61,913 bases of DNA, from contig JAJYFE010000004.1 in assembly GCA_021785435.1 (NCBI GenBank), positions 1 through 61,913 on the forward strand, given 5' to 3'. The stretch comes from Planctomycetota bacterium. GTDB taxonomy: Bacteria; Planctomycetota; Phycisphaerae; WQYP01. Shown one piece after another: positions 45,093-54,372 of this stretch. The first letter of the stretch is position 1, and each line of letters opens with the position of its first letter. The notes under the pieces are model-generated. The model was not told the DNA's origin. It did no database searches and saw only the letters and a list, made by a program, of their open reading frames with translations. The translations under genes and the position numbers were made by a program.

Positions 45093-45620
45093 TCACTCCA
45101 ACCGGAACCCTAAGCGCTCGCGTGCACTTATCGGGGGATCGAGGCTCGCGTTAAGCTTGATACCCACCGCGCGCACAAAATGGTGATCGCCGATGCAGGC
45201 GATATTCAACTTCGCGCAGACCTCCGGAATGCCGTAGCGATCGGGGCCGCGGTTCTTGACGGTTTCCCGCGTCACCACCGTGGCCCCTGCTTCCCACGCG
45301 GAGGCGATCACCCACGGATCAGCCAGGTCGCGGCCCTTTCGCGTGTCGACAAGGCGCGGGTAGCCGAGGAGAATTTCCCGCATCCGCCTTTGCATCGGCT
45401 CGCTCAGCGGCTCGAATAACCCCCTCGTGCCATTGGCCCATTTGAAAAGGCCATCTTCCCTTTTCTCCAGTTCACGCCGAACTTCTTCCGGGCAAAAGAT
45501 GATCCCCTTACCGGCGAGATCGCGGAGGATGTCCCAATAGTCCGGGCACAGATCAGGGGCGTAATATCCCGTCCACGGGCGGATCAGAGCGTTTGTATCG
45601 AGGCAATAGCGCGTGTTCAA
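45093..45620 (-). CDS. DUF4411 PIN-like nuclease
   Basis: RYCLDTNALIRPWTGYYAPDLCPDYWDILRDLAGKGIIFCPEEVRRELEKREDGLFKWA fits the DUF4411 pattern. The TTG start overlaps the stop of the ImmA/IrrE gene (TTGA). Confidence 0.65.
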   Translation of the reverse strand: MNTRYCLDTNALIRPWTGYYAPDLCPDYWDILRDLAGKGIIFCPEEVRRELEKREDGLFKWANGTRGLFEPLSEPMQRRMREILLGYPRLVDTRKGRDLADPWVIASAWEAGATVVTRETVKNRGPDRYGIPEVCAKLNIACIGDHHFVRAVGIKLNASLDPPISARERLGFRLE

Positions 45621-46798
45621 CGGACGCCCCCGGACACGCCCACGCGCTGGAGAAGCTGTGCCATTCTCGGAAACAGGTTGACCTTCAGATCAAGAAGGTC
45701 GGACGCCTCGGTCGCCGTGGCGTAGTCATCGTAGTACGCCCGCAGCACATCCTCCGTGAACGCACGCCCGTTATATGCAAGCCTCAGCGTGAAATAGCTG
45801 GGGCTGCCTTCACGTCGCGGCCGGCCCGCCCGCTGCGCCCATCTCTGCGCCAAGCTTTGATGTAACCGCTCGTAATCGGATGAGGAAATCGAGCGCCGCT
45901 CGAGCAGCATGCGCGCGATGACCTCCTCGCTGACCCTAAGCCGATCGGAGAGGTGCGCGATCAGCTCGGGGCGGGACAAGGCACGCGCCCGACCCCGTTC
46001 GCCCTCGAAGGCCTCTGGCGCCACCAGCAGGCCGGCGGCGGTGCGGTTGCAGAATGTCTCTATCCGTGCCGCGTCGCCCAGCGCCTCGCCGCCGGTCAGG
46101 GCAAGGTTCGATACACCTGATTGGCCCAGCCAGATGTGCGCCAATTCATGGGCCAACGTGAACAGCTGTCCCGCTACGGCGTCTTTCCCATTGATCCATA
46201 TGATCGGCGCCCATGGATCGCTGAGCGCCAGTCCGCGCGCCTCCGGCAGCTCGATCCCGGGGTCGCGGCGAACGCAGACCCCCGCTTCTTCCGTGCGGGC
46301 GACCCAGTAGCGCAGCGCCTCCGCCTGCGTCCGGCGGTTCCGGTGCCAGAATATATCTACACGCAGGGTGGACCGAATCGCGCGGGACAAGGCCGCGGCA
46401 TCCCGGTCTTGCCCCGAGCTGACGAAGGCCAGCTCGGATTCCCCGGTGTCCCGGCGGTATTCCGCAAGCCACTTCTGCCGGTAGTCCAGAGAGCGCGCCA
46501 AGAAAAGAAATTCCGGGCTGAAATGTCGTGGCACGTCGCCGGGAAGCCGGCGAAAATCACGCGGGGTGGCAAAATCCAGCGGCGGCTTGGACACATAGAA
46601 TACCGCCAGCGGCCGCCTATAGACCTGTGCCGCTTTGCGCGCCTGCGCCAGGGACGGATGGTCGGTCCCCGCCTCCCAGTGATCCAGCGCTTCCGACGTG
46701 ACGCCTATGCACTCGGCCGCCACCGTCTTGTCGTAGCCCGCCTGCTCGCGCGCCCATTTGAGAACTGCGGGCGTTATTAGGGCTTGGATGTGTGACAC
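45617..46798 (-). CDS. XRE-HTH + ImmA/IrrE zinc metallopeptidase fusion
   Basis: N-terminal HTH (LKWAREQAGYDKTVAAECIGVTSEALDHWEAG) and the HExxH motif in FTLAHELAHIWLG. Confidence 0.8.
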   Translation of the reverse strand: MSHIQALITPAVLKWAREQAGYDKTVAAECIGVTSEALDHWEAGTDHPSLAQARKAAQVYRRPLAVFYVSKPPLDFATPRDFRRLPGDVPRHFSPEFLFLARSLDYRQKWLAEYRRDTGESELAFVSSGQDRDAAALSRAIRSTLRVDIFWHRNRRTQAEALRYWVARTEEAGVCVRRDPGIELPEARGLALSDPWAPIIWINGKDAVAGQLFTLAHELAHIWLGQSGVSNLALTGGEALGDAARIETFCNRTAAGLLVAPEAFEGERGRARALSRPELIAHLSDRLRVSEEVIARMLLERRSISSSDYERLHQSLAQRWAQRAGRPRREGSPSYFTLRLAYNGRAFTEDVLRAYYDDYATATEASDLLDLKVNLFPRMAQLLQRVGVSGGVR

Positions 46799-46945
46799 GG
46801 CCTATTTTCCCCTTTCCATCGCCCGCATGTCGATCGGGGCTTTTTTAGGCGGACGCTGGCCGCCGGCGGTTCCACTGTGCATCGCGGTTGATCCTAACGG
46901 AGGCGCGCGGCCTTCGCAAACTACCCCTGCACTGCTACGGTTGTA

Positions 46946-49900
46946 CTACCCCCGCAACCCCAGCGAACAGATGATCCGCGGATCGAAATTGGCCGGGTCT
47001 TCCGTGACGTTGCACAAGTTGTTATCGGCTCTTAAATCGCTCACCAACCGGCCCAGCGCCTCATCATCCATGCCTTCCCGCATCCGGCGGGCCAGCTGAT
47101 CGCGGGCGGTATCCTTCAGCGGATAGTGGTATATCTCCTCGATCACTTTGTCCAGGTCCGGGGCTTGGTACAACGTATTGGCCGTGCGGGCGTGGAAGGC
47201 CGTCAACCGGGCATAAAGCTGGCGGCGGACGCTGCGCGCGCCGCCCAGTTGGCCGCCGACGCGGCTTTGGTCTCGGGCCGCCAGCTCGAGAGCCTTGTCA
47301 ACGAGCGCATGGTGCTCCGGCAGACGCGGCGCGGCCGGTTCGTCCGGCGCGCAGGCCGCGGTGTTCAAAATGTCGCGGGGTGATTCGGTCACAATTTGTT
47401 TTTGGTTGTCCAGCTGGATCAACGTATTGTTTCCCGGCGAACTCTGAATAAAGGCGATCACCCCGTTGGATGCGCCGCGGCCTGGCGCCGCCCCGCGGGT
47501 GGAATAGATAACGTCGGGCAGCCCCTGGACGGCGGCGGCGAGCTGGGGGTTGTTTTTGACGGCGTTTTGCCAGATTTCATAAGCCACCGAGGATATGTCC
47601 ACCTCCGCTTCATCCTGCTCGTCGAGCGCGTGGGCCGTTTCGTTGTACAAATTCCGCAGCAGCGGCAATTCTTTTACCGGATCGCCCTCGATGAACATTT
47701 CATCCGAGCCGATCACCTCGCCCTCCTCCCGCTGCCGTTGCCGGATGCGCTGATGCAGCCGAATGATGCGTTCCACCCCGTCGGCGGGCAGAAAACTGTA
47801 ACAGAGAATCCGCTCCGCCCGCTGGCCGATGCGGTCCACGCGTCCCACGCGCTGGATCAGGCGAATCAGCGCCCAGGGTAAATCGTAATTGACGATAATG
47901 GCGCAGTCCTGCAGATTCTGGCCTTCGCTTAGCACGTCCGTGCTGATGAGCACGCGCAATTCCTCGGCGGCAGCAACTTTACCGCGCGCGGCGTTGCTCT
48001 CCGGGCTGAAGCGATGGGCCAGCGCGGTGGGATTTTCACTTTGGCCCGTGACCGCGGCAAAATTGCCGATGCCGGCTCGCCTTGTCGAGTCGCCTTCTTC
48101 GGCGACCTGCTGAAGCTGGCGCTGCACATAATTGGCGGTGTCGGCGAACTGGGTGAAAATCAGCACCTTCTCGCGTGGATGGGTCTGCTGCAGCAGCTGA
48201 AGTAGTTTCTGCAGTTTGCGGTCATGGCGCGGGTTCCAGGGGCCGATCAGCGCTTGGATCTTCTCCAGCGCAGCAATATCCGCCCTTAGATGCTCCGCCA
48301 GGTCCGCCTCGAAAAACGCCGCCGGGAGCCAGCGGTATGATCGGTTAGCGCGGCAGTCGGCATAGAGGTCTTCGATCTGCTCGGCGGACTCGACCACCGG
48401 CGTTGCATTTTCGTGGTCGTCCTCGTCGACGCCAAACAAGTCATCGGCGTCGGTCAGGCTCGTTTCAAAGATGGCCGCATTACTGGAACCGATCGGAACC
48501 TCCAGGCCATGCTCCAGGGCGTATAGCGCCACTTTATCGCGCAGAATGTGGCGGTCCATGGTCAGTTCAAACGCAGCCCCGCTGCTTTCCAGACGCTTAA
48601 ATAAGCTGGTGCGGCAGAAGCCGATAAGGTGCTTTCCCGCGCGGGCGAGGTCGTCGATGACGGCCTGGTGTTCGGCGGTGCTGTCCGGCCAGTGCAGCGC
48701 CGCTTTGACATAATTGCCCAACCCGTAACGCGGCAGGTGCAGGGAATTGACAGCGCTAACCGTCGGGTCGCTGAACATGCGGGCGTATTGGTCGTGGGGG
48801 TCTTTCTCATCGATAGGAAATGTCAGGCTCTTGGGAACCCGGTCGGGGAAATAAGATCGCCGGCCGTCGTGGAAGCATAGGTACGCCCGGCCCTGATGAC
48901 CATCCGTTCGGGCATAGTTCTTTTTGATAGAGCCGCGCGTGCGGCGGATAAGAAATTGGTCCATCAGCAGCCGCCAGTCCTCGGCATGGTCGCTTTTTTC
49001 GAAGGCCACGATGGTGTGGGGATCCGCCTGGGTCCGGGCGGAAAGCACGTCGAGTCCCTCTTGGCGGATGAAATGCTCCGGCCGCACAGGCAACTGGCGA
49101 TCCGGGGCCAGAAAAAGCCGCAACTGGCTCGACAGGTCCAGGAGAGTCTTATTGTAGGGCGTGGCCGTCAGGAGAATCACCGCACTTTTGTTGCGCTCCA
49201 GGTAATCGCGAATGGCCTTGTATTTTGCGGTCTCGCGGTTGCGCAGATTGTGGCTTTCATCAATTAATACCGTACGGTATCGCTTCTCGTCCTTAAGCTG
49301 ACGATCCACGAGACTAAGCGACAGGATTTTACCGATGATATGGTACTGATAGAGATAATCCTCCCACATGGGGACCAGGTTGCGCGGGCAGATAATAAGC
49401 GTTTCGTGTTGCTTTTCTTCCTGCAGCGCCTTGGCGACGGCGGAACCCATCAGCGTTTTGCCCAGCCCCACCACGTCGCCGATCATCACCCCGCCATGGC
49501 GGCTGATCTTACCCATCGCCCGCTTCACCGCCTCGATTTGGAAATCCAGCAGGCGGTTGCCGAATTCGTCGGGAATATCGAACTGCTCTTCACTCAGACG
49601 GGCATCGGCGGAAAGGTGGTACGCCATCTTCAAGTAAATATGGTACGGCGGCGGCTGGGTTTCCCTGGCCCAACTGGTCTGCACAATCTCCAGAAGCTCC
49701 GCCGAGATATCCCAACACAGCCGGTCCTCCCAGCGGGCCTGAAACCACGCGGCCAGCTTGGCGCAGGCATCCTGATCCGGCACGTCAACGTTCAGTTCCC
49801 CTTGATGGCACAGGCCGGCCATCGTCAAGTTGCTGCTGCCGAGATAACCAATCCTGGGGCTCAAGGGGTCGGGACGGAACAGCAGGTAGAGCTTGGCATG

Positions 49901-50314
49901 CAACGGATGACGCAGAAACAGTTTGACGATCAGTTTCCCGGCGCGAATCTGCCCCGCCAGGCGCTGCAGGCCAGCCTCGTCGGCATCGCTGGGCGCGCCG
50001 ATCTGCAATTGCCGGCGGAACGTTTCCGCCAGCGATTTTTTCAGGCGCATAGCCTCGGCGTTGTCGGGGACGTTGGCGGCGGGGCTGGAGCGCAACAGGG
50101 TCCGTAAATCTTCTTCGGGAGGCCGCTGCATGCCCACCAGCAGCCGGCAACAATGTCCCTCGCCACCGGACCATTTCTCCATGCAGTCAGCGAGGTTTTT
50201 CCAGCCGCGCAGATTAAAGTAACCGACGCAAAAATCGGCCCGATCCGATAATTGCATCGCCTGGCGCAGGGTCGGCAGGAGCGGTTGCTCGATGTTATCG
50301 AATATTTGCGGCAT
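46946..50314 (-). CDS. PLD-family nuclease domain fused to SNF2-family helicase
   Basis: N-terminal HKD motif LHAKLYLLFRPD...GSSNLT. SNF2_N motifs GDVVGLGKT, LIDESHNLRN, LLTATP. Helicase_C LISTDVLSEGQNLQDCAIIVNYDLPWALIRLIQRVGRVDRIGQ. The ATG at 50314 has AAGGGA about 6 nt upstream; the track start is TTG at 50329. Confidence 0.85.
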   Translation of the reverse strand: MPQIFDNIEQPLLPTLRQAMQLSDRADFCVGYFNLRGWKNLADCMEKWSGGEGHCCRLLVGMQRPPEEDLRTLLRSSPAANVPDNAEAMRLKKSLAETFRRQLQIGAPSDADEAGLQRLAGQIRAGKLIVKLFLRHPLHAKLYLLFRPDPLSPRIGYLGSSNLTMAGLCHQGELNVDVPDQDACAKLAAWFQARWEDRLCWDISAELLEIVQTSWARETQPPPYHIYLKMAYHLSADARLSEEQFDIPDEFGNRLLDFQIEAVKRAMGKISRHGGVMIGDVVGLGKTLMGSAVAKALQEEKQHETLIICPRNLVPMWEDYLYQYHIIGKILSLSLVDRQLKDEKRYRTVLIDESHNLRNRETAKYKAIRDYLERNKSAVILLTATPYNKTLLDLSSQLRLFLAPDRQLPVRPEHFIRQEGLDVLSARTQADPHTIVAFEKSDHAEDWRLLMDQFLIRRTRGSIKKNYARTDGHQGRAYLCFHDGRRSYFPDRVPKSLTFPIDEKDPHDQYARMFSDPTVSAVNSLHLPRYGLGNYVKAALHWPDSTAEHQAVIDDLARAGKHLIGFCRTSLFKRLESSGAAFELTMDRHILRDKVALYALEHGLEVPIGSSNAAIFETSLTDADDLFGVDEDDHENATPVVESAEQIEDLYADCRANRSYRWLPAAFFEADLAEHLRADIAALEKIQALIGPWNPRHDRKLQKLLQLLQQTHPREKVLIFTQFADTANYVQRQLQQVAEEGDSTRRAGIGNFAAVTGQSENPTALAHRFSPESNAARGKVAAAEELRVLISTDVLSEGQNLQDCAIIVNYDLPWALIRLIQRVGRVDRIGQRAERILCYSFLPADGVERIIRLHQRIRQRQREEGEVIGSDEMFIEGDPVKELPLLRNLYNETAHALDEQDEAEVDISSVAYEIWQNAVKNNPQLAAAVQGLPDVIYSTRGAAPGRGASNGVIAFIQSSPGNNTLIQLDNQKQIVTESPRDILNTAACAPDEPAAPRLPEHHALVDKALELAARDQSRVGGQLGGARSVRRQLYARLTAFHARTANTLYQAPDLDKVIEEIYHYPLKDTARDQLARRMREGMDDEALGRLVSDLRADNNLCNVTEDPANFDPRIICSLGLRG

Positions 50315-50345
50315 GCGATCCCTTACCAACCTAATTTCCTCAAGG

Positions 50346-51263
50346 CTACGCGTGCACGAGTTTCAGCAGCCAGTAGGCCACGGGCGCGGCCAGCAGGGGA
50401 GAATCCAGCAAATCCAGCACACCGCCGAAGCCGGGAACCTGTCCGGAATCCTTTACGCCGGCATCGCGTTTAAGCAGGCTTTCCAGAAGATCGCCCAGTT
50501 GGCCAACCGTTCCGAGCAAAGTACCGGCTAGCAAACCTTGCCACCAGGCGAACCGCCCGGCAAAATGCGCCAGGAGGGTGCCGATCAAGGCGGCCGAGGC
50601 GATACCGCCGAGCAATCCTTCCCAACTTTTCTGGGGGGACAGCCAGGTGATAAAGCGATGGCGGCCCAGACTACGGCCAACGCCGTAGGCGCCGATATCG
50701 GCCCCTTTGACGATCAGTAGAATCGATACCACCATCCCCGCGGAGTGGCTCAGGCGAATCGGCATATAAAACCCCGGCAACACGCCCAGATACACGATCG
50801 CCAGCAGCGAACCCCCTGCCGAAGCGATGGCGCCGGCGGTTTGCTGGCGGCGGGACTGCATCAGGAACGCTCCCAGCAATGCCACGGCCAGTACGGTGGG
50901 CACCAGGTAGCCGGGTTTAACGGTGTGAAACCATTGCGCCACCGTGATGGCCAGCGGGCTGGCCCCCCGGGGCTGGTCCAGCAACATCTCGGAGAGTTGC
51001 GCCACCCAGGGCCAGAGCATGCACAACATGGCGGCCACCACGCACACCCGCATGGAGATGACCACCTGTTGGCGCGCCAGCAGTTTCCGCATTTCGTCCA
51101 TGGCCATTGGAATGATCACGGCGAAGGTCAGCGCCAGCAGCGCCCCCGGCGGAAATGACAAGGGCCGGGCCGGCCAACCGGCGGAGAGCGCCTGATCAAA
51201 ATAAAACATGATCAGTAGGGCGATACCGAACAGCAGTCCGAAGCTCAGGCGTTGTTTGAACAT
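50346..51263 (-). CDS. cdsA: Phosphatidate cytidylyltransferase
   Basis: Polytopic membrane protein with the CTP_transf_1 signature region SLLKRDAGVKDSGQVPGFGGVLDLLDS. Confidence 0.85.
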   Translation of the reverse strand: MFKQRLSFGLLFGIALLIMFYFDQALSAGWPARPLSFPPGALLALTFAVIIPMAMDEMRKLLARQQVVISMRVCVVAAMLCMLWPWVAQLSEMLLDQPRGASPLAITVAQWFHTVKPGYLVPTVLAVALLGAFLMQSRRQQTAGAIASAGGSLLAIVYLGVLPGFYMPIRLSHSAGMVVSILLIVKGADIGAYGVGRSLGRHRFITWLSPQKSWEGLLGGIASAALIGTLLAHFAGRFAWWQGLLAGTLLGTVGQLGDLLESLLKRDAGVKDSGQVPGFGGVLDLLDSPLLAAPVAYWLLKLVHA

Positions 51264-51274
51264 GGCCGATCATA

Positions 51275-51304
51275 TTAGCAAATTTCCCGCCGAATGCGTA
51301 TAAT
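51275..51304 (+). promoter_or_regulatory. Sigma70-like promoter candidate for sucAB
   Basis: TTAGCA (51275-51280), an 18-nt spacer, then a perfect TATAAT (51299-51304), about 150 nt upstream of sucA. Confidence 0.4.
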
Positions 51305-51454
51305 TTAGTAAAAGCGTTCCGGGGCCGGCCCCCGCTTAATTCCAAGGGGAACGGAAACCGGAGCCTCGGGGCCGGGTGTATCGGGCTTGCCAGGGGCGAA
51401 ATCCCCGCACGCTGCGGCGTGCTTAAGCCCGCTGTGCCGTTGGCCGGCCCTTCT

Positions 51455-54343
51455 ATGACCTACGGAGATGCGGACGTGAAAGCATCGGATGCCATGACCG
51501 GAACCCGGGATTCGGTGAACGCCTTTAACGCGGAATACATTCAATATCTTCATCAGCGGTGGCGGGAAAATCCGGAGGCGGTGGATCAACAATGGCAGTG
51601 GTTCTTTCGCGGTTTTGATCTCGCCGGCGCCGGTCGCGTGGAGCCAGGGACCTTGGCCGGGTCACCCGTGCAAGCGCCGCCGGATATGCAAACCTCCGAC
51701 CTGATCCACAGTTACCGCGAGTTGGGCCATCTCATCGCCAAGCTGGATCCCCTCGGTCACAATCCCGAAGAGCACCCGCTGCTGGCCCTGGAGCAGTTCG
51801 GGCTAAGCCCGGCGGATCTGGAGCGCACCGTTAATCTCGGCCCCTTTGGCAATTCTGGCGCCGGGTCGCTGCGGGACCTTCTCGGCCTGCTCCGTCGCAC
51901 CTATTGCGGCACGTTCGCCGTGGAATACATGGACATTCGCGACCCCGCGCAGCGGGTGTTTCTCCAGGAGCGGATGGAGCCGGTGCTGAATCAGCCCAGG
52001 CTGGAGCCGGCGCAAGCCCAGCGCATGATGCGGCGGCTCATTGCGGCGGAGGAGTTTGAGCTTTTTCTGCAGCGGCGCCATCCGACGGTTAAGCGTTTCT
52101 CCATTGAAGGCGCCGAAACGCTGATCACCCTTTTGGATGAATTGATTGCCCGCGGCGCCGCCGACGGCATCGACGAAATAGTCATCGGTATGGCCCATCG
52201 CGGCCGACTTAACGTCCTGGCGCACATTCTCGAAAAACCGTACGAGATGATCCTGGCGGAAGTGCTGGATCGGCCCCTGAAAATCAGCGGCGACGGTGAC
52301 GTGAAATACCACATGGGCTACGCCTGTGATCACCGCACCGCCGACGGCCGGACCGTGCACGTATCGCTGGCGGCGAACCCCAGCCATCTGGAAGTGATCG
52401 ATCCGGTGGTGGAAGGCATGGTGCGGGCCAAGCAGGATCGCAAGGGCGACGCCCGGCGGCAACGGGTGCTTCCGGTGCTGATTCACGGCGACGCGGCGTT
52501 TACCGGGCAGGGCATTGTCGCGGAAACGTTGTATCTTTCCGAGTTGGACGCTTACCGCACCGGCGGCACGCTGCATATTATCGTGAATAATCAGATCGGA
52601 TTTACCACCGCTCCGACGGAGGGTCGTTTTACGCGCTATCCCAGCGACGTGGTCAAGGCCATTCAGTCGCCGGTTTTCCACGTCAATGGCGATGATCCCG
52701 AAGCGGTCATCCATGCGGTGCGGTTGGGAGTGGAGTTCCGGCAGCGCTTCCAGGCCGATGTGATTATCGATCTGGTCTGTTATCGCCGCCGCGGCCATAA
52801 CGAGATGGATGATCCGACCATTACCCAACCGGTCATGTGCCAGGAAATCGCCCGGCATCCCACCGTGCGGCAGCTTTATACCCAGCGGCTGCTTCAGGCC
52901 GGTGTGGTCACCCAGGACCAGCTTGACCATATGGCGCAGGAAGTGCATGAGCGCCTGGAAAAGGCCCACGAATACGCCCAGACGTTCAAGCCGTCCGATT
53001 CGCCGCCCCCTACGCATGGGCCGTGGAAAAATTTAATGCAGGTGCCGCGGGATCTGGCCGACTGGCGCGCCGACACCGCGATAGCGGCGGATAAGCTGCG
53101 GAAAATCACCGCGGAGCTATGTCGTTTTCCGGACGGTTTCAGCGTCCATCCCAAGGTGGCGCAGATGTACCGGCAGCGGCTGGACGGGGTGAACGCGGGC
53201 GCCGGTCTGGACTGGGGCGCCGCCGAAATGCTGGCCCTCGGTTCCCTGCTCGATGAGGGCATCTGGGTGCGCTTAACCGGCCAGGATGTCTGCCGGGGGA
53301 CATTTAGCCATCGCAACGCGGTGCTGTACGATGCGCATACCGGCCGGCCGTTTACGCCGCTGGCCGCATACGCCGAGGGCCGGTCCCGTTTTGCCATTAT
53401 CAACACCATGCTTTCCGAACTGGCGGTGGTGGGCTTTGAGTATGGCTATGCCTCCGCCGATCCGGAAACGCTGGTGCTCTGGGAAGCCCAGTTCGGCGAT
53501 TTTGTCAACATGACGCAGCCGATTATCGATCAATTCCTGGTCAGCGCGGAAACCAAATGGCGCCGGTACAATGGGCTGGTGATGCTTCTGCCCCACGGTT
53601 ATGAAGGCTCCGGACCGGAGCATTCGCACGCCCGGCTGGAGCGCTTTCTGCAACTGGCCGCCGAAGACAATATTCAGGTTTGCAACCCCACCACGCCGGC
53701 CCAATATTTTCATCTGCTGCGCCGACAGATGCACCGGCGGTTCCGTAAGCCGCTGATTGTGATGACGCCGAAAAGTCTCCTGCGGCACAAACAGGCCGTC
53801 TCCAGCCTGGAGGAGTTTACCCAGGGTCAGTTCGAGGAGATCATCGATGAACGGCCCGAAATCGATCGCTCCCGCATTCGCCGGGTGTTGTTCTGCAGCG
53901 GCAAGATTTATTATGAACTGCTGACCCAGCGCACCAAACACCGCATCACCGATATCGCCATCTTGCGCCTGGAGCAGGTCTATCCGTTCCACGCCCAGCG
54001 CCTCACCGAAATTGCCCAGACCTACCCCCAAGGCGTGGAAATGGTCTGGGTGCAGGAGGAACCGCGGAATAACGGCGTGTACCCCTTTATCGGGGCCAAA
54101 CTGCACTATCACTGGCCGGGCATGCGGAAACTGACCTATATCGGTCGCAAGCCATCGTCCAGTCCCGCGGCTGGTTCCTACGAGCGGCATATGCGGGAGC
54201 AAACCCAGATTATCGCCCGGGCGCTGAATCTGAATCCGGACGACTTGAATACCACGCCGGCCGCCGCGGCGCCGGTGGCGCTGGTTCAGCCGTCCACCGC
54301 CGGTGAGGTGGAAGTGCGGGAAGCTGTGCCTGTCGCCAAATAG
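51455..54343 (+). CDS. sucA: 2-oxoglutarate dehydrogenase E1 component
   Basis: NAEYIQYLHQRWRENPEAVDQQWQWFF N-terminus, GMAHRGRLNVLAHIL, TPP-binding region HGDAAFTGQGIV, and LPHGYEGSGPEHSHARLERFLQL. The start is uncertain (GTG 51419, ATG 51455 or ATG 51494). Confidence 0.9.
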   Translation: MTYGDADVKASDAMTGTRDSVNAFNAEYIQYLHQRWRENPEAVDQQWQWFFRGFDLAGAGRVEPGTLAGSPVQAPPDMQTSDLIHSYRELGHLIAKLDPLGHNPEEHPLLALEQFGLSPADLERTVNLGPFGNSGAGSLRDLLGLLRRTYCGTFAVEYMDIRDPAQRVFLQERMEPVLNQPRLEPAQAQRMMRRLIAAEEFELFLQRRHPTVKRFSIEGAETLITLLDELIARGAADGIDEIVIGMAHRGRLNVLAHILEKPYEMILAEVLDRPLKISGDGDVKYHMGYACDHRTADGRTVHVSLAANPSHLEVIDPVVEGMVRAKQDRKGDARRQRVLPVLIHGDAAFTGQGIVAETLYLSELDAYRTGGTLHIIVNNQIGFTTAPTEGRFTRYPSDVVKAIQSPVFHVNGDDPEAVIHAVRLGVEFRQRFQADVIIDLVCYRRRGHNEMDDPTITQPVMCQEIARHPTVRQLYTQRLLQAGVVTQDQLDHMAQEVHERLEKAHEYAQTFKPSDSPPPTHGPWKNLMQVPRDLADWRADTAIAADKLRKITAELCRFPDGFSVHPKVAQMYRQRLDGVNAGAGLDWGAAEMLALGSLLDEGIWVRLTGQDVCRGTFSHRNAVLYDAHTGRPFTPLAAYAEGRSRFAIINTMLSELAVVGFEYGYASADPETLVLWEAQFGDFVNMTQPIIDQFLVSAETKWRRYNGLVMLLPHGYEGSGPEHSHARLERFLQLAAEDNIQVCNPTTPAQYFHLLRRQMHRRFRKPLIVMTPKSLLRHKQAVSSLEEFTQGQFEEIIDERPEIDRSRIRRVLFCSGKIYYELLTQRTKHRITDIAILRLEQVYPFHAQRLTEIAQTYPQGVEMVWVQEEPRNNGVYPFIGAKLHYHWPGMRKLTYIGRKPSSSPAAGSYERHMREQTQIIARALNLNPDDLNTTPAAAAPVALVQPSTAGEVEVREAVPVAK

Positions 54344-54372
54344 CCTAACCGTAGCGCAAGGATTTTCCGAGC

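Noticed and set aside
38388-50314. Calling the locus BREX or DISARM.
   Set aside because: No PglZ, BrxC, BrxA/B/L, DrmA or DUF1998 genes are present. Only a PglX-like MTase and a PLD-SNF2 protein are there, so the named systems are not supported.
27057-50345. tRNA gene or integrase marking the island ends.
   Set aside because: I scanned both borders and the cassette junctions by eye and saw no cloverleaf-like sequence or recombinase motifs. This is an absence claim and needs tRNAscan-SE and an HMM search.
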